Position numbers and translations under genes: made by a program
In this document: in pieces, positions 17,021 to 27,642 of the stretch
How positions within the stretch are numbered: the stretch's first letter is position 1
How the letters are laid out: the number at the start of each line of letters is the position of its first letter
Assembly (NCBI GenBank): GCA_965237955.1
Contig: OZ250169.1
Location: 2,304,001-2,368,000 of the forward strand
DNA: 64,000 bases
From: Candidatus Marinacidobacterales bacterium
GTDB lineage: Bacteria; Acidobacteriota; Vicinamibacteria; Marinacidobacterales; SMYC01
Direction: 5' to 3'
The notes under the pieces: model-generated
Seen by the model: the letters and a program-made list of their open reading frames with translations, nothing else
Told to the model about the DNA's origin: nothing
Databases searched by the model: none

Positions 17021-18472
17021 GTGATCCACACGGAGCTCAAGAAGCTGGCGCAACATTCCGCCATCTATGGCGTGGCGGACGTGGTGCCATACCTGATCAA
17101 CTTCTTGTTGCTCCCCGTTTTCACAAGTTACCTCTCGCCCGCCAACTACGGCGCCCTCGGTATCCTGCTGCTGTTCGGAGTCCTCACGAAAATCCTCTTC
17201 CGCTCGGGCCTCGACGCCGGATTTTTCCGGATTTACTACGAGCAGAAGACCGATCAGGATGCGAAGCTCCTCGCAACGACGCTGTTTGCGACTGCGTTCG
17301 CGATCAGCGCGACGCTCGCCACGCTGTGTGCGGTGTTCGCCGGCCCGTTGAGTCGCTGGCTTCTCGGAGACGAGCTCTCCCAATCCCAGATCGCGACGTG
17401 GGTCGTGCTCGTGGCCGCCGATACTCTCCTCAACACGTTCGCGTTCGTTCCGATGAACCTCTTCCGCATGCAAGAAAAGCCGAAGTCGTTCACCCTGATG
17501 ACGCTCTTCCGAAGCTTCGTCAACATCGGGCTGAAAGTCACCTTCGTGGTGAGCGGTTGGGGCGTGGCCGGGGTGTTGTGGGCCGATGTCGCCGCGTCCC
17601 TTGTGTTCGTCCTCGCCTTGTCGCCGACGCTGGTTAGGAACCTCGCCCCTGGATTTTCGGTGCCGATGCTTCGCTCAGCGGCGGCGTTCGGGCTCCCCAA
17701 AGTTCCCCACGGCCTCGCGCATCAGATCTTGAACTTGTCCGATCGCAAGCTCATCGAGCTCTTCCTTGCGCTGTCGGCATCGGGCCTCTACCACATCGGC
17801 TACATGATGGGGACGGGCGTGAAGTTCTTCCTGTCGGCGTTCGAGCTCGCGTGGGGTCCATATGTCTACGCGCACTTGGAGAAGCCCGACGCCGCTCGCA
17901 CGCTCGCGCGGCTCGCGACGTACGCGTTCGCGACCCTCGTCGGGTGCGGTCTGTTGAATGCGGTCTTCGGGCGCGAGCTCTTGTTCTTGATGGCCAAGCC
18001 CGAGTTCCATGCGACCTACCCGGTTATCCCTATCGTCGTCCTCGCGTACATGACGCAGGGCCTGTACGCACTCACCTCGATCGGCATCGGTATCAGCAAG
18101 AAGACGACCTACTTCCCGGTGATGACGCTGTCCGCCGCGGTCGTGAACGTCGCTCTCAACATTCTCTGGATCCCGCGATTCGGAGTCGAAGGCGCCGCGT
18201 GGGCGACGGTCGCAGGCTACGGCTTGATGGCGGTGATGGGGATCTACTTCGGGAACAAGCACTACCCGATCCCGTTCGAATGGTCACGACTGGCACGCAT
18301 CGCCATGGCCGCCGCGCTCGCGTACGTGGTGTCCACCACAGCGCCTTTCGAGTGGCAACGAGCGATCCCGATCAAGCTCGGTGCATCGCTCGTTTTTCCG
18401 GCGGCTCTCTTCGTGTTGGGTTTTTTCCGACACGACGAAATCGAATGGCTTAAGGATCGGCTCAAGAAGTGA
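17021..18472 (+). CDS. Wzx-type polysaccharide flippase (MOP/PST family)
   Basis: LLLPVFTSYLSPANYG, 12-14 TMs, DR motif, IPRFGVEGAAWAT. Confidence 0.9.
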   Translation: MIHTELKKLAQHSAIYGVADVVPYLINFLLLPVFTSYLSPANYGALGILLLFGVLTKILFRSGLDAGFFRIYYEQKTDQDAKLLATTLFATAFAISATLATLCAVFAGPLSRWLLGDELSQSQIATWVVLVAADTLLNTFAFVPMNLFRMQEKPKSFTLMTLFRSFVNIGLKVTFVVSGWGVAGVLWADVAASLVFVLALSPTLVRNLAPGFSVPMLRSAAAFGLPKVPHGLAHQILNLSDRKLIELFLALSASGLYHIGYMMGTGVKFFLSAFELAWGPYVYAHLEKPDAARTLARLATYAFATLVGCGLLNAVFGRELLFLMAKPEFHATYPVIPIVVLAYMTQGLYALTSIGIGISKKTTYFPVMTLSAAVVNVALNILWIPRFGVEGAAWATVAGYGLMAVMGIYFGNKHYPIPFEWSRLARIAMAAALAYVVSTTAPFEWQRAIPIKLGASLVFPAALFVLGFFRHDEIEWLKDRLKK

Positions 18473-19431
18473 AAATCGTTCTTCCTGGTGGATCGGGACA
18501 CGTCGGTACCGTGCTCGCGCGAGCGTTCCAGCGCGACGGCCATGAACCGGTAGTCTTGAGCCGGCAGCGCGACGCGGAAAAACGGTGGCGCACCGTCGAG
18601 TGGGACGCCGCCACGCTCGGTGATTGGGTCAACGAGCTCGAGGGTGCCGACGCGGTCATCAACCTCGCCGGAAGAAGCGTCGACTGCCGCTATCACGAGA
18701 CCAATCGCCGCGCGATCATGGACTCGCGGGTTCACTCCACGCGCGTCATCGGCCAAGCGCTTGCCCAAGCGGAGCATCCGCCACGGGTGTGGTTACAGTC
18801 GAGCACGGCGACGATCTATGCGCACCGCCACGATGCGCCCAACGATGAGCTTACGGGCATTCTCGGCGGCAACGAGCCCGGTCTTCCCGACACGTGGCGC
18901 TTCAGCATCGACGTTGCCGCTGCATGGGAGCGCGAAGTCGACGACGCTCCCGACACTCCCACTAGGCGTGTGAAGCTACGATCGGCGATGATCATGAGCC
19001 CCGATAAAGCCGGCATCTTCGATACCTTGGTCGGCCTTGTGCGCCGAGGCCTGGGAGGCCGCGCCGGCGACGGGCGCCAGTACGTGTCGTGGATTCACGA
19101 GGTGGACTTCGTCCGGGCGATCTATTGGCTCCTCGAGCACGACATGGACGGGGCAGTCAATCTCGCGTCCCCGAACCCACTTCCCTACACCGAGTTCATG
19201 CAAGCACTCCGCGACGCGACCGGCGTCAAGATCGGCCTCCCGGCAACGAAGTGGATGCTCGAGATCGGTGCTTTTTTCATGAGGACGGAGACCGAGCTCG
19301 TCTTGAAGAGCCGGCGGGTCGTACCCGGACGACTCTTGGCTTCCGGGTTCACGTTCGAGCAGCCGACGTGGCCCGAAGCTTGTAAAGAGCTCGCTAGTCG
19401 CTGGCGCGAGCTGCGCCGAGCGCGTCCGTGA
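18469..19431 (+). CDS. TIGR01777/YfcH-like NAD-dependent epimerase family protein
   Basis: GGSGHVG, VINLAG, GDGRQYVSWIH, SRRVVP.RL..SGF.F. Confidence 0.88.
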   Translation: MKIVLPGGSGHVGTVLARAFQRDGHEPVVLSRQRDAEKRWRTVEWDAATLGDWVNELEGADAVINLAGRSVDCRYHETNRRAIMDSRVHSTRVIGQALAQAEHPPRVWLQSSTATIYAHRHDAPNDELTGILGGNEPGLPDTWRFSIDVAAAWEREVDDAPDTPTRRVKLRSAMIMSPDKAGIFDTLVGLVRRGLGGRAGDGRQYVSWIHEVDFVRAIYWLLEHDMDGAVNLASPNPLPYTEFMQALRDATGVKIGLPATKWMLEIGAFFMRTETELVLKSRRVVPGRLLASGFTFEQPTWPEACKELASRWRELRRARP

Positions 19432-20620
19432 CCGCATCGAGCACTTGCTCGACGGAAATCCCGGCGATGCACTCCGGTGCCGTGGCGCGGGCACACTCTC
19501 TCGGAGGACGGCGGATCATGTTGCACGGCGAGCAGTAGACGGGTTGGCGCACGACGCGTCTCCCAACGGCATCGTTATCGGGGGGCCCGTAGCGCACCGG
19601 ATCCGACGGACCGAAGATAGCGACGTTCCGCGTGCCGACCGCGTGTGACAGGTGCATCGGTCCGGTGTCGCCGGTGACGAAGACGTCGAAGCGTTCGACC
19701 ACCGCGGCGAACGTGGCCAGTTCATTCCCCACGAGCGTCTCGGGTTTCGATGTCGCCTGGTTGACGATCGTCTCGACGAGGGCGCGATCGCCGGACGCAC
19801 CGGTGACGATCACGCGCGCTCGCGCCGACAGTCTGTCGGCAAGCGCCGAGAACTTCTCGACTTCCCACTGCTTCAAGCCGCGGCCGGCGCTCGGGTGGAT
19901 GCCTATCAGTGGACGTGATGACTCGCCTATTAGTGGCTTCGCTTGCTCCCGGTCCTCGGGTGTGACAAAGTTGACGGGACGCAAATCGCTCTCCGCGTCG
20001 GGGAACAGAGCTCGCACGAGCTCGAGGTTTTGCCAATACCAACTCTTTTTCTCGTCCCACCGACCTCGATGGGTAAGCAGGTACGAGCCGCCGGTATCAC
20101 CGTATCCGGCACGAAGCTTCGCTCGGGTGTATGCCATCAATAGAAGAACGCGCACGTCGCCTTGGAAATCGATGGCGAGGTCCGGACGGGTCTTTTCTCG
20201 ATGGCCTCGAAGAGCCTCGCGCGCATCTGAAAACCGCACTTTCTTACCCCACGCGGCCCACGGTGTGTCGACGATCCGGACGGAATCGATGAAAGGCAGC
20301 CGACGTGCAATCGGCTCGTTCCAGCTCCCGACGGCGAGCTCGAGGTGCGCGTCGGGTGCGGCGTCGCGAAGAGCTTTCAGTGCGGGCAACGTCGTGAGGA
20401 AATCTCCGAGGCGGTCGAGTCGAAGGGCAAGAATCCGTTTCGCGTCGCGAACGTCGAGAAGGTCGCGCTCGGGGCGAAGTCCGAGCGCGGGAGACAGAAG
20501 GCGTAACAAGACGTCGAACGCCCCGAGGGCGACGCGCTCGCGCGGATCGTAGATGCGGGGACCGCCGCTCTCAAGACGCCTGGCGGCGAGCTTCCGCGAC
20601 GGAGCGAAAAACAGACTCAA
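19394..20620 (-). CDS. Glycosyltransferase family 9 (heptosyltransferase-like)
   Basis: RLDRLGD, HPSAG..KQW, GDTGPMHL, IFGP, CSPC; start codon uncertain. Confidence 0.9.
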   Translation of the reverse strand: MSLFFAPSRKLAARRLESGGPRIYDPRERVALGAFDVLLRLLSPALGLRPERDLLDVRDAKRILALRLDRLGDFLTTLPALKALRDAAPDAHLELAVGSWNEPIARRLPFIDSVRIVDTPWAAWGKKVRFSDAREALRGHREKTRPDLAIDFQGDVRVLLLMAYTRAKLRAGYGDTGGSYLLTHRGRWDEKKSWYWQNLELVRALFPDAESDLRPVNFVTPEDREQAKPLIGESSRPLIGIHPSAGRGLKQWEVEKFSALADRLSARARVIVTGASGDRALVETIVNQATSKPETLVGNELATFAAVVERFDVFVTGDTGPMHLSHAVGTRNVAIFGPSDPVRYGPPDNDAVGRRVVRQPVYCSPCNMIRRPPRECARATAPECIAGISVEQVLDAVTDALGAARASD

Positions 20621-21848
20621 AGCGCTCTCCCACCAAGTTCCAACTGAATGTCTCGACGGCCCGCTTCCGTGCCGATGCGCCGAGCGCGTCTCGCCTCTTC
20701 TTCGATTGAGCCAAGCTCGCGAGCGCGTTCGCGAGCGCCTCGGGGTCCTTTTCGGCTACGAGGAGCCCGTCGCGGCCGTCCCGGATCGCTTGCGGAATTC
20801 CAGCGACATCGCTCGCGACGATGGCACTTCCCGAGGCCATCGCTTCGAGAAGCACGTTTGGAAGACCGTCGACGTTCCCGGCGGCATCGCGAACCGACGG
20901 CACCACGACGATGTCGGCCATAGCGAAGTAGCCCGGGAGCGCCGCGCGCTCGACGTTCCCGACGAGGTCGACATTAGTGTCGTCGTGCAGTCGAAGCGCT
21001 TCCGCCCGCCGCTCAAGCTCGGAGCCGAGGTCTCCTTTGCCGGCGATCACGATGGCGAACTTTCCGAATTTCCGGACTTTCCGATCTGGCCGATCTGGCC
21101 GATCTGGCCGATTCAACTTCGCCGCGGCATCGAGCAGATACTCAAAACCTTTCTTCCTGACGAGCCGTCCGACAGCGAAGATCACGATGGCCTCGTCGTC
21201 GATCCCGAGTGTTCGCCGGAGCTTCCGTCCCGCCGAGGGCTCGGCTCGGAACTCTCGAGCGTCTACGCCGTAGGGGATGACCTCGGGTCTTTCTCTCGCA
21301 CCGAGGGCAAGAGCCCTCGAGGCGAGATCGTCGCTGCACGCGGTCGCGGCTGAGGCTCGCTGGAAGGCGAGCTTCGCCGCCGAGCGAAACGGCCCTTTTT
21401 TCTCCGACAAGAACACGTCGGAGCCATGCAGGCTGACGACGAGCGGCAAGCTGCGGGCTCTGGAGGCAGGCCACGCCATCGCACCGTTGGGGACGACCCA
21501 GTGAGCGTGCAAAACGTCGTAGTGCTCCCGGCCCGACTCGGCTAGAAGGCTCCGGGCACCCGCGAGGAGCGCGAGTGGTGCGGCGAGATACGCCTGGTGC
21601 TTCACTCGAACATCGGCGCGAAGCGCCTCGGCGTACCCGAACACGCTGAGGCCTTGTGTGGGTGCGTAGCGGAAGGGGCAAAACCGGACGCCGGCAACGG
21701 GCTCAAGGTCCAAATCCGCCCGAGCGGGCAAAACCACCGTCAGCTCGTGGCCTCGCGTGGCCAGTGCCTTAGTGATCGAGGCGATGAATGGCGCGGTCGT
21801 GTCTCCACGGTATTTGGGGTAGGAGGACGTGACGGTGAGGATTCTCAC
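20571..21848 (-). CDS. Glycosyltransferase family 4
   Basis: HAHW, HGSD, GRLVRKKG, DGLPNVLLEAMASG; GTG 21848 start (VRILTVTSSYP). Confidence 0.9.
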   Translation of the reverse strand: MRILTVTSSYPKYRGDTTAPFIASITKALATRGHELTVVLPARADLDLEPVAGVRFCPFRYAPTQGLSVFGYAEALRADVRVKHQAYLAAPLALLAGARSLLAESGREHYDVLHAHWVVPNGAMAWPASRARSLPLVVSLHGSDVFLSEKKGPFRSAAKLAFQRASAATACSDDLASRALALGARERPEVIPYGVDAREFRAEPSAGRKLRRTLGIDDEAIVIFAVGRLVRKKGFEYLLDAAAKLNRPDRPDRPDRKVRKFGKFAIVIAGKGDLGSELERRAEALRLHDDTNVDLVGNVERAALPGYFAMADIVVVPSVRDAAGNVDGLPNVLLEAMASGSAIVASDVAGIPQAIRDGRDGLLVAEKDPEALANALASLAQSKKRRDALGASARKRAVETFSWNLVGERFESVFRSVAEARRQAS

Positions 21849-21979
21849 GGCGGAGCGACGATTATAACTAATGTTGTGAGGAGTATGGCGGGATCGGCGC
21901 ACACCACACCTCCCGCCCTGTGCTATGCTTCCCTTTTAGGCGCTACCCTCAGCCGGCGCCTCCCTGACAGGGGATTCGT

Positions 21980-24481
21980 ATGAACAACGTCCTCTTTCGC
22001 CACTGCACCGAGCGCGTCATCGAAGCGGTGAATATCGGCTCGATGGAGCTCGTCAATCTTCGCCAGAACGAGCTCACACCCGAATTCATCTTGCTGGGGC
22101 TATTGGAGCAGGACGATGCGGAGGCGCTCCGTCTGATCGGCGAGCTCGGGCACCCGGCACAACAGACCAAGAAATCGATCGTCGACCTCATCCTCGCCGC
22201 CCAGCGGAACAAGCTGAAGCTCCGCCGCGAAGGCTCGCTTCAAATCCTCGTGTCGCCGCAAACCGCCGAAGTGTTGAGGATGGCGAAAGAAGAAGCGGAC
22301 AACATGGGCGACCGCTTCATCGGCTTCGGGGCGATGCTCCTAGCACTTCATCGCGAGCCCGCCGGACTCTCGGCGCGCATCCTGCGCGATCTCGGCTTCC
22401 GCTACGAGCGGACCAAAGACGCGTATCTGCGCCAGCGCGGTGATCGCACCGTGGACGACAAGCGCGGTGACACGAAGTTCGAGACGTTGGCGAAGTACAC
22501 GACCGACCTCACCGAGCTCGCCCGCAAGGGCTCGCTCGATCCGGTCGTCGGCCGCGAAGAAGAAATCCACCGGCTCATCCAGATCCTGCTGCGGCGCAAG
22601 AAGAACAACCCCGTGCTCATCGGCGAGCCGGGCGTCGGCAAGACCGTCATCGTCGAAGGCCTCGCGCAGAGGATCGCAAACGCGGAAGTACCCGATACTC
22701 TGACGAACAAACGCGTTCTGCTCTTGGAGATGAGCGAGGTCGTCTCGGGCTCGAAGTTCCGAGGCGAGTTCGAAGAGCGCCTGAAGACCATCAAAGACGA
22801 AGTTCTCGCAGCTCAAGGCCAGGTCATTCTCTTCATCGACGAGCTCCACACGGTCGTCGGCGCGGGCAACGTGGAAGGCGGCCTCGACGCCTCGAACATG
22901 TTGAAGAGCGCGCTCGCGAGAGGCCAGCTTCGCTGCATCGGTGCGACCACGCTCGAGGATTACAAAAAGCACCTCGAGAAAGATAAAGCGCTCGAGCGGC
23001 GTTTCCAGAGCGTGGTCATCAGAGAGCCGACCGTCACCGATACCGTCAATATTTTGAAGGGGCTTCAACGCCACTACGAGCTTCACCACAGCGTGAGCTT
23101 CAGCGACGAAGCAATCGACGCCGCCGCGAAGCTCTCGGAGCGCTACATCGCCGATCGTTTCCTTCCCGACAAAGCCATCGATCTCATGGACGAAGCTGGA
23201 TCGCGGAAACATCTCGAGCTCGTTTATTCGCCACCGGAGGTCCGGCGCGGAAAACGAGATCGCGACAAGCTCATCTCGCAACAACGAGAAGCCTACCAGT
23301 CGCAAGACTACGAACGCGCCGCGATCTGCCAGCAGAACATCATGCGGCTCGAGTCCGACTTGAAGCAGATGATGAAAGCGTGGCGCGAGAGCCGCGAGCC
23401 GCAAGACTCGACGGTGGACAGCGAAGACATCGCCCGTGTCGTTCAGGGTTGGGCCGGCATCCCCGTGACCCGCATGCTGGAGTCCGAGGCTCAGAAACTC
23501 ACACGTATGGAGGACAACATCCACCAGCGCATCGTCGGGCAAGCGAACGCGGTGCGCGCGGTCTCCGACGCCATCCGCCGCAACCGTGCAGGCCTCAAGG
23601 GCAAGAAGCGCCCGATCGGTGCGTTCATTTTCCTCGGGCCGACGGGTGTCGGCAAGACTGAGCTCGCCAAAGCGCTCGCCGAGTTTCTGCTCGACGACGA
23701 GGACCGCCTCATCCGCCTCGACATGAGCGAGTACATGGAACGCCACTCGGTGTCGAAAATGATCGGCTCGCCTCCCGGCTACATCGGCTACGGCGAGGGT
23801 GGACAGCTCACCGAGCAAGTGCGGCGCAATCCGTACAGCGTGCTGCTATTGGATGAAATCGAGAAAGCGCACCCGGACGTCTACCATATGCTGCTCCAGA
23901 TTCTCGAAGACGGTCGTCTCACCGACGCGCAAGGTCGGACCATCAGCTTCGTGAACACGATCATCGTCGCGACGTCCAACATCGGAAGCGAGGACATCAC
24001 CCGCGAGTCTACGGGCATCGGTTTTTCGACCCCGGTATCGTCCCGACGGTACGAAGAGATCAAAGACCGCGTCATGCGTGAGGTGAAGACGGTCTTCAAA
24101 CCGGAGTTCTTGAATCGCATCGACGATCTGATCGTGTTCCATCAGCTGGAGAGAGAGCACATCCGGCGCATCGTCGACCTCACCCTGGCTGATCTGAGCG
24201 AGCGTCTCGCCGAGCAGAACCTAACGATTCAGGTGAGCGACGCGGTGAAGGACAAGCTCGCGAACGACGGTTACGACCGCGTCTACGGCGCACGGCCGCT
24301 TCGACGTGAGATCGAGGCACAGCTCGAGAACGTCCTTGCCGCCAAGCTCATCAGCGGTGAGCTCAAAAAGGGCGACCACGTCCTCGTCTCGCTCCACGAG
24401 GGTACGATCGCGTTGGCCGCGCAAGCGCTCGAGACCGCGCCCGTTCCCGCGCCCAGCCACGGCCAAGGGACTACGAACTGA
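21980..24481 (+). CDS. clpC: ATP-dependent Clp protease ATP-binding subunit, ClpC-like
   Basis: Clp-N repeats, two Walker A motifs ([16 protein letters not shown]), short UVR-like M domain (QDYERAA) and IGF ClpP-docking loop. Confidence 0.88.
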   Translation: MNNVLFRHCTERVIEAVNIGSMELVNLRQNELTPEFILLGLLEQDDAEALRLIGELGHPAQQTKKSIVDLILAAQRNKLKLRREGSLQILVSPQTAEVLRMAKEEADNMGDRFIGFGAMLLALHREPAGLSARILRDLGFRYERTKDAYLRQRGDRTVDDKRGDTKFETLAKYTTDLTELARKGSLDPVVGREEEIHRLIQILLRRKKNNPVLIGEPGVGKTVIVEGLAQRIANAEVPDTLTNKRVLLLEMSEVVSGSKFRGEFEERLKTIKDEVLAAQGQVILFIDELHTVVGAGNVEGGLDASNMLKSALARGQLRCIGATTLEDYKKHLEKDKALERRFQSVVIREPTVTDTVNILKGLQRHYELHHSVSFSDEAIDAAAKLSERYIADRFLPDKAIDLMDEAGSRKHLELVYSPPEVRRGKRDRDKLISQQREAYQSQDYERAAICQQNIMRLESDLKQMMKAWRESREPQDSTVDSEDIARVVQGWAGIPVTRMLESEAQKLTRMEDNIHQRIVGQANAVRAVSDAIRRNRAGLKGKKRPIGAFIFLGPTGVGKTELAKALAEFLLDDEDRLIRLDMSEYMERHSVSKMIGSPPGYIGYGEGGQLTEQVRRNPYSVLLLDEIEKAHPDVYHMLLQILEDGRLTDAQGRTISFVNTIIVATSNIGSEDITRESTGIGFSTPVSSRRYEEIKDRVMREVKTVFKPEFLNRIDDLIVFHQLEREHIRRIVDLTLADLSERLAEQNLTIQVSDAVKDKLANDGYDRVYGARPLRREIEAQLENVLAAKLISGELKKGDHVLVSLHEGTIALAAQALETAPVPAPSHGQGTTN

Positions 24482-24488
24482 AGACCTC

Positions 24489-25130
24489 TTGACATCGTCG
24501 TTACGTCAGCTCCTGCCGTTGGGCGTGCTCGGGCTCCTCACCGTCTCGGCATGCTCAAGAGAACCGCCGCCGGAGGACACTACTCGAACGCCAACCGGTC
24601 GCGTTGTCACCGGCACGGCTCCGCGGGCATTCGGGGGCTTCCCGTCCGTCGTCATTCTCGAGCCGGAAATACCCATGGAGCTCCCGGTACCAGAAGACCC
24701 CGCTGTCATGGACCAATACAACACAGCGTTTCATCCCCGCTTGCTCCTCGTTCGGGTGGGACAGCCGGTTCAATTCAAGAACAGCGAAGACACGCTCCAT
24801 AACGTCCACGTCATCGACATCGAAACGCGCGACACCGCCTTCAACGTGGCGACTCCGGTGACCGGTGCCTACCAGTACGTGTTCGAGAGCGCTTCGGTGT
24901 ACGACGTGTCGTGCGGCATCCATCCGTCGATGGCCGCTTTCGTCGTCGTCACCGAGTCGGCGTTCTCGGTAGTGGCCGAAAACGATGGCGCGTTCTTACT
25001 GCCGGAAGTTCCGCCGGGCAACTACAAGGTAGTTGTCTGGAACCTCGATCCCTCGCGGAGAAGCGAGCGCGTCGTCGTCATTGCCATCGACGATGCCGCC
25101 ACCGAGTTGAACCTCGCCGGAATGTCGTAG
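24489..25130 (+). CDS. Lipoprotein with cupredoxin-like and carboxypeptidase-regulatory-like domains
   Basis: Lipobox VSAC; HNVH...CGIHPSM (His/Cys/His/Met type-1 Cu-like set); VPPGNY. Confidence 0.65.
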   Translation: MTSSLRQLLPLGVLGLLTVSACSREPPPEDTTRTPTGRVVTGTAPRAFGGFPSVVILEPEIPMELPVPEDPAVMDQYNTAFHPRLLLVRVGQPVQFKNSEDTLHNVHVIDIETRDTAFNVATPVTGAYQYVFESASVYDVSCGIHPSMAAFVVVTESAFSVVAENDGAFLLPEVPPGNYKVVVWNLDPSRRSERVVVIAIDDAATELNLAGMS

Positions 25131-25141
25131 GATACGCTCCT

Positions 25142-26728
25142 ATGCAGCGCAACTCCCTGTTTTGGGCTGTTCTCGGCTGTCTGGGCCCTCTGATCATGTC
25201 CGCCTGTACAGCCTGTACATCTTGTCCCGGGGCGCCCGAGGCGGCGCGACCCGCCCAACCCAACGTTGTCTTGATTACCATCGAGTCGCTCCGCGCCGAT
25301 CACGTCGGCGCCTATGGCTACCCGCGCAACACGACCCCGAACCTCGACCGCCTCGCCGCTCGAGGAACACGCTTCGACAACACCGTGGCGCAAGCGCCGT
25401 TTACGCTTCCATCGGTCGCTTCGCTCATGACCGGGCAGGCTCCACCCGGCCACGGCGTGCGCAACCATCCCGCGATCCTCGCGCCCGAGCTCGAGACCCT
25501 CGCCGAGCGCTTTCAGGCGGCCGGCTACCAAACGGCGGCGATGACGCGGCACACATGGCTCCGCCGGAAATCCGGTCTCGACCAGGGTTTCGACGAGTAC
25601 CACAACAACAAATTCTCGGCGGGGCTCGACGCGCGCAGTCTCTCGCTCGCCGCTCTCGACTGGCTCGACGCGCGTGATCCGGAGAGGCCGTTTTTCTTGT
25701 GGCTGCACTTTCTCGACCCGCACCTTCCGTACACACCGAGCTACCCGTATTCGGTCCTCTACCGTGACGAGAACGCGGACGAGCCGCGAGTGAAACACCT
25801 TCGCTCGATGATGGCACTCGACCGCGAAGCCTTCGAACCCACGCCCTACGCGGATATTCCCGGCGGTCCCTACTACGATCTCGTCTTCCCTTACTATCCC
25901 GACAATCCAGCGCTATTGGACCTCGCCTTCTGGCGGCGCTCACGTGGGAGCATCTTCTTCGGCGGAGCGCGCTACAGCGCACAAGACATCGACGAGCTTC
26001 GTAAGCTCTATGACGGCGCTATCGCGTACACCGACGATAATCTCGGAAGAATCATGAAGGCACTCGCTGAGCTCGGTATCGAAGAGACGACGGTTGTGGC
26101 GGTGACCGGCGACCACGGCGAAGCATTCGGTGAGCACGGGCTCTATTTCACGCACGATTTCACGCTCTACGATGAAGTGCTGCGCGTTCCTCTCGTGCTG
26201 CACTATCCAGCCGCGATCGAGCCCGGCACAGAGATTTCACAGCAAGTGCGCCTCATGGACTTGGCGCCGACGCTACTCGAGCTCGCGGGGATCGACGCCG
26301 CCACCCTCGGCGATGTCGACGCAGTGAGCCTCGTACCTCTCGTCGAGGGCGGCTCACTTCCTTTCCTGAACGCTTTCGCCGAGAGCGCGCCGAGGCGTCC
26401 CATGTTTCCCGAGCACGAGCGCGTGTACTTCAACGGGAATCGGGGCAAGTGGCGGATGCTACGTACGGAACGGTGGAAGCTCATCCGCATCCCTCACCCC
26501 GATGGCGACCGCTACGAGCTCTACGACCTCGTGAACGATCCCAATGAGACCGAAAACCTTTTCGATGAGCTTCCGGGCGAGGCGGGAAAGCTCGTTCCCG
26601 TGCTCGAGGCGTGGATGCGTGAGGATCCGGCTCGCAATGCCGATCGAAGCGCCGAAGAAAACGCTGAGCTCGAAAGCCTCGACCCCGCGGCGCAACAACA
26701 GCTCAAAACTCTCGGGTACATTCACTGA
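25142..26728 (+). CDS. Sulfatase-like (alkaline phosphatase superfamily) hydrolase/transferase, probably lipoprotein
   Basis: PNVVLITIESLRADH, TPNLD, DPHLPY, GDHGE, ELYDL..DP.E..N; TLPSV in place of C/SxPxR. Confidence 0.85.
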   Translation: MQRNSLFWAVLGCLGPLIMSACTACTSCPGAPEAARPAQPNVVLITIESLRADHVGAYGYPRNTTPNLDRLAARGTRFDNTVAQAPFTLPSVASLMTGQAPPGHGVRNHPAILAPELETLAERFQAAGYQTAAMTRHTWLRRKSGLDQGFDEYHNNKFSAGLDARSLSLAALDWLDARDPERPFFLWLHFLDPHLPYTPSYPYSVLYRDENADEPRVKHLRSMMALDREAFEPTPYADIPGGPYYDLVFPYYPDNPALLDLAFWRRSRGSIFFGGARYSAQDIDELRKLYDGAIAYTDDNLGRIMKALAELGIEETTVVAVTGDHGEAFGEHGLYFTHDFTLYDEVLRVPLVLHYPAAIEPGTEISQQVRLMDLAPTLLELAGIDAATLGDVDAVSLVPLVEGGSLPFLNAFAESAPRRPMFPEHERVYFNGNRGKWRMLRTERWKLIRIPHPDGDRYELYDLVNDPNETENLFDELPGEAGKLVPVLEAWMREDPARNADRSAEENAELESLDPAAQQQLKTLGYIH

Positions 26729-26748
26729 CTATTGAAATGAGGTGACCT

Positions 26749-27630
26749 GTGAAAACAACCGCCTTCTTACTCTTCCTGACTGCATCGACGCTTGCCGCGC
26801 AGGAGCGTACCGTTCGCGGTGTCATGCAGCCGCGGCCTGGTGCTCCCGCGGAGGACGTCGAGGTCGGCGTCCACCCGGTCCCGGTCGACCCGCCCTCGGT
26901 TTCCGCGGCGGAATCGACCCTCCCCGACGACGATCTCGTGCTCGGCGTCGTCGTGGATGGGAGACCGATGGCGTACCCGATCCGCTTCCTGGCGTTGACC
27001 GAGATTGTCGACGACAGCGTCGGCGACACACCGTTGGCACCTTCATGGTGACCTCTCACCGGCTCGGGCGTCGTGTACGCCCGTCAAGTGGGACAACGTG
27101 AGCTGACGTTCGACTTTGCCGATGGACTTTTGAACAACAACCTACTCTTCGTCGATCGCGAGACCGACAGCGTGTGGTCTCAACTTCACGGCAAAGCCGT
27201 CATCGGACCGATGGAAGGTGAGCCCCTGACCATCATCCCGTCCGTCCAAGCGACGTGGAAGTTCTGGAAAGAGCGCCATCCGGACACGCGGGTCATGGTG
27301 CTGCCCGATGTCGATGGCCGGCCGTATTACTACCGGAACCGACCCACGGGACAATCGTCGCCGAAAAAGCCGAAGACGGAACACGACCTGTCTGTCCTCG
27401 GCTTCGGCCTCGCGATCAACGACGACGCATTATGGGTGCCGCTCCACGAGCTCGAAGGCCTCGAAACCCCCATCCAGATGATCCTCGGTGGAGAGAGCAT
27501 TCGCCTGTTCCACAACAAGGACGCGATGACCGCCTGGGCAGAAGATACGGATGGCAATCTTTTGAGCGGCGTTCTCGCCTACCGGGAAGGCTGGCTCGAC
27601 TTCTTCCCGAAATCACGGGGACTGAAGTGA
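26749..27630 (+). CDS. DUF3179-family selenoprotein (TGA 27049-27051 read as Sec)
   Basis: ORFs 26749..27051 and 27073..27630 are in the same frame. Read-through gives PSW-U-PLTGSGVVY at the family CPLx position, followed by DRETDSVWSQ..GKAV.GP and W...HPDT. A SECIS-like hairpin follows the TGA. Confidence 0.8.
27065..27083 (+). promoter_or_regulatory. Bacterial SECIS-like hairpin
   Basis: CGGGCGT-CGTGT-ACGCCCG: 7-bp stem starting 13 nt after the TGA, with G in loop position 2. Confidence 0.65.
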
Positions 27631-27642
27631 GCCTCCATGGGA

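Noticed and set aside
21980-24481. ClpB or T6SS ClpV assignment
   Set aside because: The short M domain and IGF loop indicate ClpC-like, and no T6SS genes are nearby.
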